Below are positions 32,701 through 46,430 of a stretch of DNA of 64,000 nucleotides, in pieces. The stretch is from Flaccisagitta enflata (taxonomy: Eukaryota): positions 41,912,001 through 41,976,000 of the forward strand of contig OZ231126.1 of the NCBI GenBank assembly GCA_965153355.1, in the 5' to 3' direction. The first letter of the stretch is position 1. Every line of letters begins with the position of its first letter. The notes beneath the pieces are model-generated. The model was not told the origin of the DNA and did no database searches. It was given only the letters and a program-made list of their open reading frames with translations. The position numbers and the translations under genes are program-made.

Positions 32701-32900
32701 TGTTTGTCACACTTAGTCTCAACTCCTTGGAAACAGGTTATTATCACAATGATAAGACTCTAATACTGAGACACTTCTCATTATAATTAGATATAAAATT
32801 ATCAATCTATTATTTGCAACTATCTCTGACACTACTACTGTTTGTAACAGTCAACTTTTTCTGTTCTTCCACAAATGATCACACCCCACATTGTCTGCTT

Positions 32901-32965
<65 letters not shown>

Positions 32966-35928
32966 ACACACACACACACACCACACACATTCACAATAAA
33001 TACATACACACACATCTTTTCACATACGGTAGGAAGAACAAGATATGTTATACGATAGTTCAATTCACACGGTGCTGTTGAATATATGCCTGTTATATTT
33101 GGCTCGTTTTCGCCCATATCAGATATTTCGTTTAACATGTTATTTGTATACTTCAGTGGAAGGTAGCCAGAATGCGCTGAGCCTCAACACTTCCGCGTCG
33201 CGCCTGGCACGCAGCGTGCATGCTTTTATCGTGTGGTATCAGGATTAAGATATTTGTTCATTCGAGGAATTTTATCTGAATGAACACATCCCAGTTAAAC
33301 ATGTTGTACCTTCCTCATTTTTCGTTTAGCTTCACTGTTATAAAACGCAGTTTAAGACAAGACAGATGTGTGTACAGAGGATAGTGGTATTAGATGCAGA
33401 TAGATGATGACAGATGACAGACAGACAGATAAAGACAAGACAAGACAGATAGACAGATAGCAGACAGATGATTGACAGATACATCGATCGACGATAGACG
33501 TCGGCTTCACCAAAGCGCATCCGCCGAGCTTATTCATGCCCAGCGTTATCTGCTGGCGATTGCATTTACAAGAAAGCCGTTTAACTAAACCTGAATGAAT
33601 ATCATTACTTTTTCCTTTCTGTCTTTACGAGATTAAAACATCGACTTTATGTTGATTATCGGTTGTCTTAATTTTTGAATATTCAGAGAAATACATTTTT
33701 ATATAGTGTTAACTTGTAATTAAATTACAGTATAATCACACTTTCTTGTTATATCTTGACAAACATGCTGCTATGAATTTTAAAGATGACATTGTAATAA
33801 ATAATTTTTCATTTTGCAAAGATCAGTGAGTGTATCTGTTTGTTACATAATACAAAAAACATGCTTATGAAACATATGCTCATGTATAGATTTTAGCATT
33901 ATAATATTTATTACTTGTTACTGAGCTTCAAATACAATAATAACAATAAGATAGATGTTTAGGCGTTATAAATAACAAGAGCATGTCAGTATAGCATGTT
34001 CATCTGTGAGTATGTTTTGACTGAGTCATTTAGCTCATTTGGCTTCTGTTTCTGATTTCAAAATCATAACAAAGAACGTTTTTGATTATGATTTTTGAAT
34101 ATTTTTACTCATCTGTTGCTTATCGTCCATTCGCAACCACTATATTAAAACGTTTTACGATTCAACAACAACGATCGAAAACAAAGTTGGTGAAATAATC
34201 ACGCTACTTTTTTCATATATTAATACGGTGTAAAAGATTGTTTTTAAATTTACTTGATTAATCGATGTTAATCAACATAAATGAATGTAAAAGAAAATAC
34301 AGAATCCCAGAGTGTGTAAGATACATTTGTCGGCAATGAAGATTGCACAATATAAAGCGTCATTTGATAACATCACATCGCACACAGTTAATGAATTTTT
34401 AAGATCTTTACTATTTTTATTTGTTAAATTTCACTAATCTCCTATCAGTGACCTTCTAGCTGTTATCTTGTATTCACAGATTCTGCATCAGCACATCCGT
34501 GAATTGCAATCAAGCTTACACACACAAATGATATGATCACACGGCTAGACTGAGATACTTGGTCATTATCACCATTGAAAATAATGAAAAAACCAATCTT
34601 TTTCAGAAATTATGTATCATATTACCAAATCTAGATGCAGATGCTGGAAGTATATATATTTTTGTTTATCTTTTGTTGTGTAACGTAGGTCGAATGAAAT
34701 TGTAAAACTAAAAAGCCTTAGGAATTTTCTTGTTTACATTGTCGCCACACTCAGATAAATAGTACTAAGATCTGACATTTTGGTATGCTATTCAGACACT
34801 GACAAACTGCATTAAAGAAAAATCTGACATTTAATAAACTAGATGACATCAAATGTTCATTGAATCATTAACACCTTTTCTTAGTTTATAAACAAAATCT
34901 TAGCAGTTATAAACACTTTACCTTATGAGCTAATTTTGTTAAAGGAGTTTTAAAGATTTTCTTAGTGTATTATTAAAATAGTACATTGTATTTAACTACC
35001 AAAATGGAAATGCAATTTTTGTTATCCAAACACACAGCTTTCTAGTTTATATTAGGCCCATCTATGTGAATATCCATTTTTTAATACAGAAACACTTCAA
35101 TTACTTCACCTGTTTTTTAACAGATGTTTAAATTTACACTAATTTAGTTATCTGTTAAGTTTCAGAAGTCCATCCATCACTTCAGTCATCCATCACACTT
35201 TACATTATTTATATCACACGTTTAACACACACTTCACAAAACAAACTAGTGTTGTAGATCATAAATCAAGACATGCTAATGATATTGTGTGGTTCATTTA
35301 CCTGAATGTTATCTGCTCATTTTAAGATATATTGAGGCAAAATACTACATTTTTTTTTTTAAATATGAGAATTAGCTACGAGCAAAATAGCAATGAGACT
35401 ATAAACCTGATACCTCTGTTGTTTCATTCCTGCTAGAACAAATTGTCTGAAATAAACAAGATACGTTCACCACCCTCTGCATGTTCAGCTATGAGCTGAA
35501 CAAAGCTATAGATTATAGATAAAAACATGCTCTCTTTACCACGACACAGGTCTCCCCATATTGTCTAGTTTGCTGAGTCGCTGATTTAATAGAGCAAAAT
35601 TTAATTTAATGCACACCATAATAAAATCTGCTTCGCCAGTTTCGCTGCTCAATTTCCACGCTGCCATCGTTACATTTGATCGCCACGATTCATCAGTCAT
35701 TATTGACATCACACATCAATAAATGATTGATACACAGATAGAATGACGATGGAAGACAGACGCACAGTATTGCACAGATGACAGAGCCAGATAGACAGAC
35801 AGATGACAGATATCGCACATGATGTACAGACAGAGCAGATAGCTAACAGATAAACAGACAGACAGATAGACAGATAGAAACGGTTAGAGCGATAGATGAC
35901 TTATTACACTCAAATGACAGATATATTA

Positions 35929-36013
<85 letters not shown>

Positions 36014-37068
36014 AGTAACCGACATAGAATAAAATACGATCATCCTTTTTGAGGTTCAGTTGCACAGCGCTTGAAGGCCAGATGATCCATGCCACACAGA
36101 TACTTTTCCTTTCTCCTCTCTTCTCCTCCCCACAGCAACAGCACTAAGCTCAAACACAGTCCAGCACCCAATCTTCTTTATATGAATCTCAGCTTCATCG
36201 CTATTCACCCACAACTTCAGTTTATGACTTCAATATAAAGAAGAACATACTTTCGCCTCCTTCGCTTCCTGAATGAAGTTAAACGTTTGTCTTGTCTGGC
36301 ATCAAAATCTACTGGTATCTGTTGAAGACAAATTGTGCCTGAGTTCAGGTACTCATGTTATCCAGTCCTGAGTTTTTGGTAAACATCCACTAATATATAT
36401 CCAGCCTGAATAAACTGCTCAGCTCAACACTGCCTAGCTTTCACTGACTAAGCTTAAATCTCACCAAAGTTAACCATTTTGAACAACTGCTTTTGAAGAA
36501 ACATTAGTTTTAGTTCATCCAGCTCCGCTGCCCTATCCAGCTCGCGCTTCGTCGCCAGGTCTTATCCCGATCGTTCCTTCATTCATCGTTATACGGTCGC
36601 CGACCATCTGACGCTTGCATTCAGCCCACCACCCACGGTGTTCGTCACGCTCGACGCCCAGTGATGTCACCATTGCACGCTGGGTTATTGTCAGTCGCAT
36701 TAACGAACACGATCAAACGTTGTTAGTCGATATGAATTTCAACCAGTTCAAACTCATTATGTGAGCTGTAGATATGTGTAATAATATTCAACTTAATGCT
36801 TGAGAATACTGATAAATTTAAAATACAATCATTCAAAGATCATGCACCATTTTTATTGCCTTTTTTTTCTTAGTATTGACTGATTCAAATTATAAACTGC
36901 ACATTAAATGAAGACTAAACTCCAGGAGAGAAAGATGGCAAGAAGAGCGTTGAACAAACAATCACCACTGACAGAAATGAAAGATGAAAATATGAACAAG
37001 GTGATTGTTATAGAGGTTGTGAAGAAATAATAACAGTTTATATATAATTATAGAGAGAAATATATATA

Positions 37069-37125
<57 letters not shown>

Positions 37126-37231
37126 ATATATTTATTAATATATATATACTAACCAACACTCAGAAGATATACATTAGAGTTATAGTAGATTGATGTTATC
37201 ACAGATGAGACTGCTTGATTATGTTAGAGAC

Positions 37232-37281
<50 letters not shown>

Positions 37282-37420
37282 CACATCCCGATAGATAAAC
37301 ATTTACCTATCCATTTCGTTCATCGTTATTCAACTATCACCCATCTATTCATCTATCTTTCTGTTCGTTCAGTTCATCTGGTCCGTGTTTTGTTGTCGTT
37401 AATCTTTATATTGTTGGTTG
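29770..37420. other. Degenerate or likely unpolished low-accuracy sequence segment
   Basis: Contains only heavily indel-ridden versions of repeats that are clean elsewhere (e.g. ~34740-35520 is a degraded inverse of ~47500-48430). Microsatellites are interrupted and there are no credible ORFs. Confidence 0.55.
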
Positions 37421-40400
37421 TTACTACATTCACTTTTCGCTCATTAATCCTTAAAATTTACCAGGCCTGATCTTTGAAATTTTGATATTGATCCGCCGTG
37501 TTGTAGCATGGATGTACTTATGTTCAATCTCAAGATTTCCTATTAGGTTTAAGTCAGTCAAATTGGCCTTAGAAAATTGAGGGGATTTGCTTAAAAATCC
37601 CAGGCTTTCCCAGTCGAGAGGCCGTGCGGCCATATGATTGAAAAATGTTCAGTTTTTTTTACACAATGTGTTCACTCACATCCTAAACTATGAGCAGACC
37701 ATCTCACTAGGTTTCAAAGTATTGGTTGATGCGTAGATATCATCTTAAAGTTAGGGAAAGGACATGATTACTACCTCTATTCTACACCCTTTTAAACAGA
37801 GTGACTCTGTAAACATTAGGGTGTTTGTTTTCCTCTAAATTTGCAAATCTATCTTTGGTCTTACTGAATTATGATGGTTTGGACTCAGATGAGTCAAATT
37901 TTCAATTTTAAAGTCAATATTCATTGATTAAGCATGTCCATTCTTACTTATAAATATCATATTGTAAAAAGGCAAAAATCGCTACTAACTTAAGAAAAAA
38001 TCAATTTGTTGACTTGAATCTTTTTCCTAATGACATTTTTTCCTGTACACTATCATTACCATTGACCCAACCACCCAAAATGCTAAAAAAACTCATTGTA
38101 ACCTATATTTCTTATGATTTATTATATCTCACATCTTAAAAAGACAAAAACGCTTATATTTCAAAACAGATGAACTTTTACTGACCCAATTTTTTCTAAT
38201 TAATCATTTCCCCTTCTTGACTATCCATTACATAGACAAACCACCCCAATGCTAAACCCCTTATAAGGGCGTAGACTACCGGAGAATCATGCCGTAACTG
38301 AGTCACAGTCGTTTGAGCGCTTAAATTTGAATATTTTTGCGGGATCTATTTTCTTGTGGTAGACTCTTCCAAGTAAACATTAAGAGGAAAGCTCAGAGCA
38401 AAAAAAAAAACCTCAAAAATGGTTAACCTATTAGGATTTTGAAGCGTTTGGAGTGAAAAAAGGGTATATGCTATATTACTACATTCACTTTTCGCTCGTT
38501 AATCCTTAAAATTTACCAGGCCTGATCTTTGAAATTTTGATATTGATCCGCCGTGTTGTAGCATGGATGTTATGTTCAATCTCAAGCTTTCCTATTAGGT
38601 TTTAGTCAGTCAAATTGGCCTTTGAAAATTGAGGGGATTTGCTTAAAAATCCCAGGCTTTCCCTGTCGAGAGGCCGTACGGCCATATGATTGAAAAATGT
38701 TCAGTTTTTTTTTCACAATGTGTTCACTCACATCCTAAACTATGAGCAGACCCTCCCACTAGGTTTCAAAAGTATTGGTTGATGCGTAGATATCATCTTA
38801 AAGTTAGGGAAAGGACATAGTTCTCCCTACTCTACCACCCTTTTTAAACAGGTGACTCTACATAAACATTAGGATGTTTGTTTTCCTCCCTAAATTTGCA
38901 AATCTGTCTTTGGTCTTCACTGAATTATGATGGTTTGGACTCAGATAGGTCAAATTTTCAATTTTAAAGTCAATATTCCTTGATTAAGCATGTCCATTCT
39001 TACTTATAAATATCATATTGTAAAAAGGCAAAAATCGCTTCTAACTTAAGAAAAAATCAGTTTTTTGACCTGATTTTTTTTCCTAATGACATTTTTTCCT
39101 GTGCACTATCCATTACCATTGACCAACCACCCAAAATGCTAAAAAAACTCATTGTAACCTATATTTCATATGATTTATCATATATCACATCTTAAAAAGA
39201 CAAAAACGCTTATATTTTCAAAACGCAGTTGAACTTTTGGCCAATTTTTTTCCTAGTGTCATTACATGCTTGACTATCCATGCCATAGACAAACCACCCA
39301 AAATGCTGAAAAAACCCCCTTATAAAAAGGCGGCAGACTACGGAGAATCATGCCGTAACTTTAGTCACAGTCGTTTGGGCGCTTAAATTTGAATTTTTTT
39401 GCGGGATCTATTTTCTTGTGGTGGACTCTTCCCAAAGTAAACATTAAGAGGAAGCGCTCAGGCAAAAACCTCAAAATGGTTAACCTATTAGGATTTTGAA
39501 GCGTTTGGAGTGAAAAAAGGGTATATGCTATATTACTACATTCACTTTTCGCTCGTTAATCCTGAAAATTTACCAGGCCTGATCTTTGAAATTTTGATAT
39601 TGATCCGCCGTGTTGTAGCATGGATGTACTTATGTTCAATCTCAAGCTTTCCTATTAGGTTTTAGTCAGTCAAATTGGCCTTTGAAAATTGAGGGGATTT
39701 GCTTAAAAATCCCAGGCTTTCCCTGTCGAGAGGCCGTACGGCCATATGATTGAAAAATGTTCAGTTTTTTTCACAATGTGTTCGCTCACATCCTAAACTA
39801 TGAGCAGACCCTCCCTGGTTTCAAAAGTATTGGTTGATGCGTAGATATCATCTTAAAGTTAGGGAAAGGACATAGTTCTCCCTCTATTCTACACCCTTTT
39901 AAACAGGTGACTCTACATAAACATTAGGGTGTTTGTTTTCCTCTAAATTTGCAAATCTATCTTTGGTCTTACTGAATTATGATGGTTTGGACTCAGATGA
40001 GTCAAATTTTCAATTTTAAAGTCAATATTCATTGATTAAGCATGTCCATTCTTACTTATAAATATCATATTGTAAAAAGGCAAAAATCGCTTCTAACTTA
40101 AGAAAAAATCAGTTTTTTGACCTGATTTTTTTTCCTAATGACATTTTTTCCTGTGCACTATCCATTACCATTGACCAACCACCCAAAATGCTAAAAAAAC
40201 TCATTGTAACCTATATTTCATATGATTTATTATATATCACGTCTTAAAAAAAAATAAAAAGACAAAAACGCTTATATTTTCAAAACGATTGAACTTTTTG
40301 ACCCAATTTTTTTTCCTAGTGTCATTTCCCTTCTTGACTATCCATTACCATAACAGACAAACCACCCAAAATGCTGAAAAACCCCCTTATAAGAGCGTAG

Positions 40401-42023
40401 ACTACCAGAATCATGCCGTAACTGAGTGCAGTGGATTTTGAGCGCTTAAGTTTTGAATTTTTGGGGATCTATTTTCTTGTGGTGACCTCTTCAAATAACA
40501 TTAAGAAGCGCTCAGGGCAAAAAAACCTCAAAATGGTTAACCTGTGGGATTTTGAAGCGTTTGGAGTGAAAAAAGGGTATATGCTATATTACTACATTTA
40601 CACTTTTCGAACGTTAGTCCTTAAAATTTACCTGGAGTCATCTTTGGAATTTTGATATTGATCCACCGTGTTGTAGCATGGATGTACTTATGTTCAATCT
40701 CCAAGCTTTCCTATTAGGTTTAGTCAAATTGGCCTTTGAAAATTGAGGGATTTGGAAATCCCCAGGCTTTCCCACAATCGAGAGGCAGTGCGTACATATG
40801 ATTGAAAAATGTTCAGTTTTTTTTTCGCAATGTGTTCACTCACATCCTAAACTATAAGGCAGACCCATCATGGTTCACAAAAGTATTGGTTGATGCGTAG
40901 ATATCATCCCAAAGTTAGGGAAAGGAGACAAACCACCCAAAATGCTGAAAAAACCCCCCTTTTAAACAGGTGACTCTACATAAACATTAGGGTGTTTGTT
41001 TTCCTTTAAATTTGCAAATCTATCTTTGGTCTTACTGAATTATGATGGTTTGGACTCAGATGAGTCAAATTTTCAATTTTAAAGTCAATATTCATTGATT
41101 AAGCATGTCCATTCTTACTTATAAATATCATATCATAAAAAGGCAAAAATCGCTTCTAACTTAAGAAAAAATCAGTTTTTTGACCTGATTTTTTTTCCTA
41201 ATGTCATTTTTTCCTGTGCACTATCCATTACCATTGACCAACCACCCAAAATGCTAAAAAAACTCATTGTAACCTATATTTCATATGATTTATCATATAT
41301 CACATCTTAAAAAGACAAAAACGCTTATATTTTCAAAACGATTGAACTTTTTGACCCAATTTTTTTTCCTAGTGTCATTTCCCCTTCTTGACTATCCATT
41401 ACCATAGACAAACCACCCAAAATGCTGAAAAAAACCCCTTATAAGGGCGTGAGACTACCAGAGAATCATGCCGTAACTGAGTCACAGTCGTTTGAGCGCT
41501 TAGAATTTGATATTTTTGCGGGATCTATTTTCTTGTGGTAGACTCTTCCAAAGTAAACATTAAGAGGAAGCGCTCAGAGCAAAAAAAAACCTCAAAAATG
41601 GTTAACCTATTAGGATTTTGAAGCGTTTGGAGTGAAAAAAGGGTATATGCTATATTACTACATTCACTTTTCGCTCGTTAATCCTTAAAATTTACCAGGC
41701 CTGATCTTTGAAATTTTGATATTGATCCGCCGTGTTGTAGCATGGATGTACTTATGTTCAATCTCAAGCTTTCCTATTAGGTTTTAGTCAGTCAAATTGG
41801 CCTTTGAAAATTGAGGGGATTTGCTTAAAAATCCCAGGCTTTCCCTGTCGAGAGGCCGTACGGCCATATGATTGAAAAATGTTCAGTTTTTTTTTCACAA
41901 TGTGTTCACTCACATCCTAAACTATGAGCAGACCCTCCCACTAGGTTTCAAAAGTATTGGTTGATGCGTAGATATCATCTTAAAGTTAGGGAAAGGACAT
42001 AGTTCTCCCTATATTCTACACCC
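37421..42023. repeat. Tandem array of a ~1.06-kb unit (~4.3 copies) with an internal ~175-bp subrepeat and a TIR-like module
   Basis: The marker TTACTACATT recurs at 37421, 38476, 39533, 40589 and 41655 (periods 1055-1066). Units differ mostly by small indels. Confidence 0.9.
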
Positions 42024-42806
42024 TTAAGGCGTCTGTCAGAATTGAACACTGGAAGGCAGCAGGAGAAACGACCGATATGATAGGCGTGCGACATATAGAG
42101 CCATGCCAAATTCACCCACGGAACTCCATTGAATCTAAGTCGAGTCCACACGATCTGTAACTGATGAAATATCCATCGGTCGGTCGGTCGGTTGGTTGGC
42201 AACACATTGCCTTTCTCAGCATTCGCGATCACTCTGCCCCTACCGGAACCCGTAACCAGCCTAAGTTACAACTGCCCTTTCCCATTCTCTTGCGACTAGG
42301 ATAGAAGTGTAACCGATTCGATCTTGTTTCTTTTTAAGTGCGTCCTCGCACTTCTATAAGATGTCACGTCCGTCGGTTGGTTGGTCGGTTGGCCGGCTGG
42401 TCAGTCGGTTGGTCGGTCACGCAAACGTTTGAAATGTGCAAAACGGCTGATTCTGACGTGTTTCTTCATTCCTATCACCTTTCATGCCTTACCACATTCA
42501 TTTTCATTCATTCATTCATTCATTCATTCATTCATTCATTCATTCATTCATTCATTCATTCATTCATTCATTCATTCATTCATTCATTCATTCCTTCATG
42601 CATTCCTTCATTCATTCATTCATTCATTCATTCATTCATTCATCAAAAACGTTCATTCACAAATTCTAAATCAAGCGAGGCACACTTATTGGCCATAACT
42701 TGGCTTTGTTAACTTTATATCTCCCTTCCTCCACTTTCCCTTTCTATTTCCTCCCCCCCCCCCTTTCTTCTCTTATGCCATTCCTTTCTCCATATTTTCC
42801 ATCTAG

Positions 42807-43044
42807 TCACAACACGGAAGTGGTGACGTATTTGCTGAATCGTCCGAACGACTTTTGGGGTTCCGACACTTCGTTGGCGCGTTCGTTGGCGCGGACGAAG
42901 GCATCCGGGATGACGGCGGTTCGGCCGCGCAAGTTGGAGCACGAAGCCCACCAATGCGTCGTCGTTCAGTGCAGAGTCGTCTTCCTCAAAATAGGCGAGA
43001 TCGAGACCATCAAAGAAAGATACAACGGAGAAGCGTTCATTCAG
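42807..43044 (+). CDS. Exon C' (238 bp), duplicate of exon C of the pLGIC gene
   Basis: ttttccatctAG|TCAC ... TTCATTCAG|GTACGC. Joins exon D in phase 0, giving EAFIQ|LKWREPEL. Internal in-frame ATG at 42910 (MTAVRPRK). Confidence 0.8.
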
Positions 43045-43069
43045 GTACGCGTGTCGTGTGTTTGTGTGT

Positions 43070-43174
<105 letters not shown>

Positions 43175-44577
43175 CGTGCGTGCGTGTGTGTGTGTAAAAG
43201 AAACAAGGCTGAAGGGACAAAGTCAAAGGAAGGAACAGTGCAGAGCCGAATGAAATGATTTGCAATTTTGCCTGCACTAGCTTTCCGCCACAGTGTCAAT
43301 TTGCATATTGCAGTGTTTTTTTCATACACGCCAAAAACATTCTTTAAAGAAGAATAGAATCATGCTCAGCGTCAAATATTTCATTATTGTGTTAACCAAA
43401 GAAGAGCCCGTGTCAACGATGCAAATAAGCATGTATGAAAAAATATATAAAGACAATGTTCAATTCCTGAACACAATTGCGTTTTGTTAGAGGGGAAACT
43501 AATTGTAAAATATTTCAAGAAAGGTGTCGGAATGGTGCGAATGTGAAGTATAAAAAGCGGCTGATGCCCCCCTACGCTTCAACAGGCCCGACCAGGCAAT
43601 GATGCGTCCTGGCTGTATTTCTGCGTGTGTAGATTTTGGCGCTAGACTTGGACGGACAGACATATGAAGACAAAGAATCAAATGACTCGTTTGATTCTTT
43701 GTCTTCATCTGTCTTTCCAAATGAAATGAGGCTCTCAAAATAACGACCCGACACATGACATCCTCGCGGCTGAAAAGTGCCAAATATGTTTATGTTAGGT
43801 TTAGGTAAGAAAGGAGGGGTAGTTGAAAGAAGAAAGAAAAGTTAAAGAAAAGTAAAAGGTGGTAAAAGGTGGTTTTCAAGGAGGCGTAACGGATGGACCC
43901 AACGGAATGACCGACGGACAGACCCTCTTATAGAGATGCGAGGACCCCTCTAAAAACTTTCCTGTAGAATTTTGCGTGGTATTCACCACTCATATCCAGA
44001 TCCTGCCAAAGTGCACGTTTACCCTTCTACATCATAGCCTCGTTACTAGACTCGGCAGGCCTGGGTAAATGTGGACAGGTTGTTCACTGTAAACAAGAGT
44101 GGGAGGGGGGGTTGTAGAAGAGGGAATGCCTGCGAATGGTCCATTTCCTAAGATTTTTTTTATAAAGTGTTGAAGATACTTACATTCTTTCCACCACAAC
44201 TGAAGCCTTAGACGCAAATAAAAGAAGTATCAAAGGGAAGAATTCTTCATAATGTGAAGGCAGTGTAAATTCCATGTCGTACTTCATAATTGCACAAATC
44301 GGATGGCACTTTCACACATTCAAGATCTGTCAATATGCATAAATGGTTTTACATGGTGAAATGTACAATTGTACCTTCAGCAGGATAACCAACACCCTGG
44401 ATACCTCTTTTTGTTTGTTAACAAATCTCCTCCTTTCTCACTGACTCTGTGAAGGAAGTGCTAAAAGAGTAAGCAATTTATCCTAAACCAACATCCGACG
44501 AGAATATCGTAGATGAAGATGGCGCTCATAGAAAGGTCACGTGATTGACTCTTTCTCTGTCTCTCTGTCTCTCTGTC

Positions 44578-44693
<116 letters not shown>

Positions 44694-45502
44694 GATTTGA
44701 TCTTTGAGTGATTCGGCCTAGGATCCATTAGAAGACGCGGCCGAATGCCAAAATGTCGGATGCCGCCTTTGCCTCCGCCACTGCCTTTGCCGCCGCCATG
44801 GCCCTCTTCTGTCTCTGTTGTACCCTTAGCCATAGCCTATGCTTATGTCTCTGCCTTTGCCAAAGTCTCTTCTATCACTTCTTCCAACACCTTCGCTGTC
44901 GCCTCTGCATCTGCTACTTGTCCGCCAATATCCCAGCTTGTGTCTCTGCCATCACCTTTATAATTGTCGCTGCTGTCGCCTCTGCTAATATCTTCGCCTC
45001 TGTTTCTGCCAATGTCTCTTTTGGTGCCTCCACCCGTGTCTGTGACTCTTCCACTACCACTGTCCCCGATTCTGTCTCCTCTGTCACCTTTCTTTTTGCC
45101 TTTGCCTTTGCCTATGTCTCTGCTGTCGCCTCTGCTCGTGTGTCTGACTCTGTGCCAGATTCTGTCTCGTCTGTCATCTGCCTATGTTGTTGCCACTGGC
45201 ATTGCAGCCGCCTCTGCCTCTGCCTCAGTCTCTGCCTCCGTCTCTGCCTCTGCCTCTGTCTCCGCCTCTGCCTCTGTCTCTGTCTCTGCCTCTGCCGATG
45301 TCGCTGCCGTCGTCTTAATCTCCACTGCACGTGTTTGACCGAAGAGAATGACCTTGTTTCCTGGTTTCCTTGCCATCTTTATCTTTATTTTCTTTAATCC
45401 TTATCACTTTTTTGGTCACCCCGTTCTTTTCCTCGTAGCCTTGAATGTCTAACGCCAGCACTCGCAAGTGCACCCTCATTTTCTCACGCACGAATACATC
45501 TC

Positions 45503-46103
45503 CACAGTGGGCCTTAATTGGATATGGGTCCAAAAAAATCCTCAGCAGTAGTGACTAGTATAAATAGGTACATTTTATAGTGACAAATCGATATTTACCC
45601 TTAAAAAAAAATTTCTCTTGAAAGTTTTTGCAAAAATCACTAAAATGTGTCCATTTTCTTATATATTTCTGGATAGATCTCAATGATCTATCAATTTTGA
45701 AATTCTGATTCAAGATTCATATTCCTGGTAAAATTTCCAATTGTTTGATAGGTCACACTATATACTTTCATGTAAAAATAAAATTTTGATTTTCTATGTC
45801 ACCGTTACAAAAATGCAACGGTGGCCTAAAATACGAAAATTTTATTTTTACATAAAAATATATAGTGTGACCTATCAAATGATTGGAAATTTTACCAGGA
45901 ATATGAAACTGGAATCAGAATTTCAAAATTGATGGATCATTGAGATCTAAATATATGAAAATACATATTTTAGTGATTTTCTTGCAACTTTCAGGAAAAT
46001 TTTTTAAGTCAATATCAATTCTTCACTATAAATTATACCTATTTATACAAGTCACTACTGCTGAGGATTTTTTGGAACCCATATCTAATTAAGGCCCACT
46101 GTG
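45503..46103. mobile_element. Transib/RAG-like non-autonomous foldback MITE (601 bp)
   Basis: Termini CACAGTGGGCCTTAATT ... AATTAAGGCCCACTGTG, with imperfect inverted arms spanning nearly the whole element. 5-bp TSD ATCTC (45498-45502 and 46104-46108). The empty site in the other arm (~3742) has a single ATCTC. Confidence 0.85.
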
Positions 46104-46430
46104 ATCTCTCTATCACTCATTTTCTGTTTTCATTTTGTCTTCCCTTTTCATAGTAACCTGAAGAGTCCCTCTATTTCTATCCCTCTATCACGCTACCCCC
46201 TCTCATCATTTGATCTTTTTTTTTCACCCTCTTCTTTCTTCTTAACCCCGTCAAAATCCATTTGCATAAGGCAGACTTGAATCTTGACTTTTTCGCTCCT
46301 CTTCACCCTTTTCTCTACGTGAAGCAGTCACCCTCTTCCTAACTGGCTTCATCATCGTCTCTTTGTGCTTGCCTTTCTATTCTTTTTGCTTTCGTTCATA
46401 TTTAGGTATCTATCTATCTATCTATCTATC

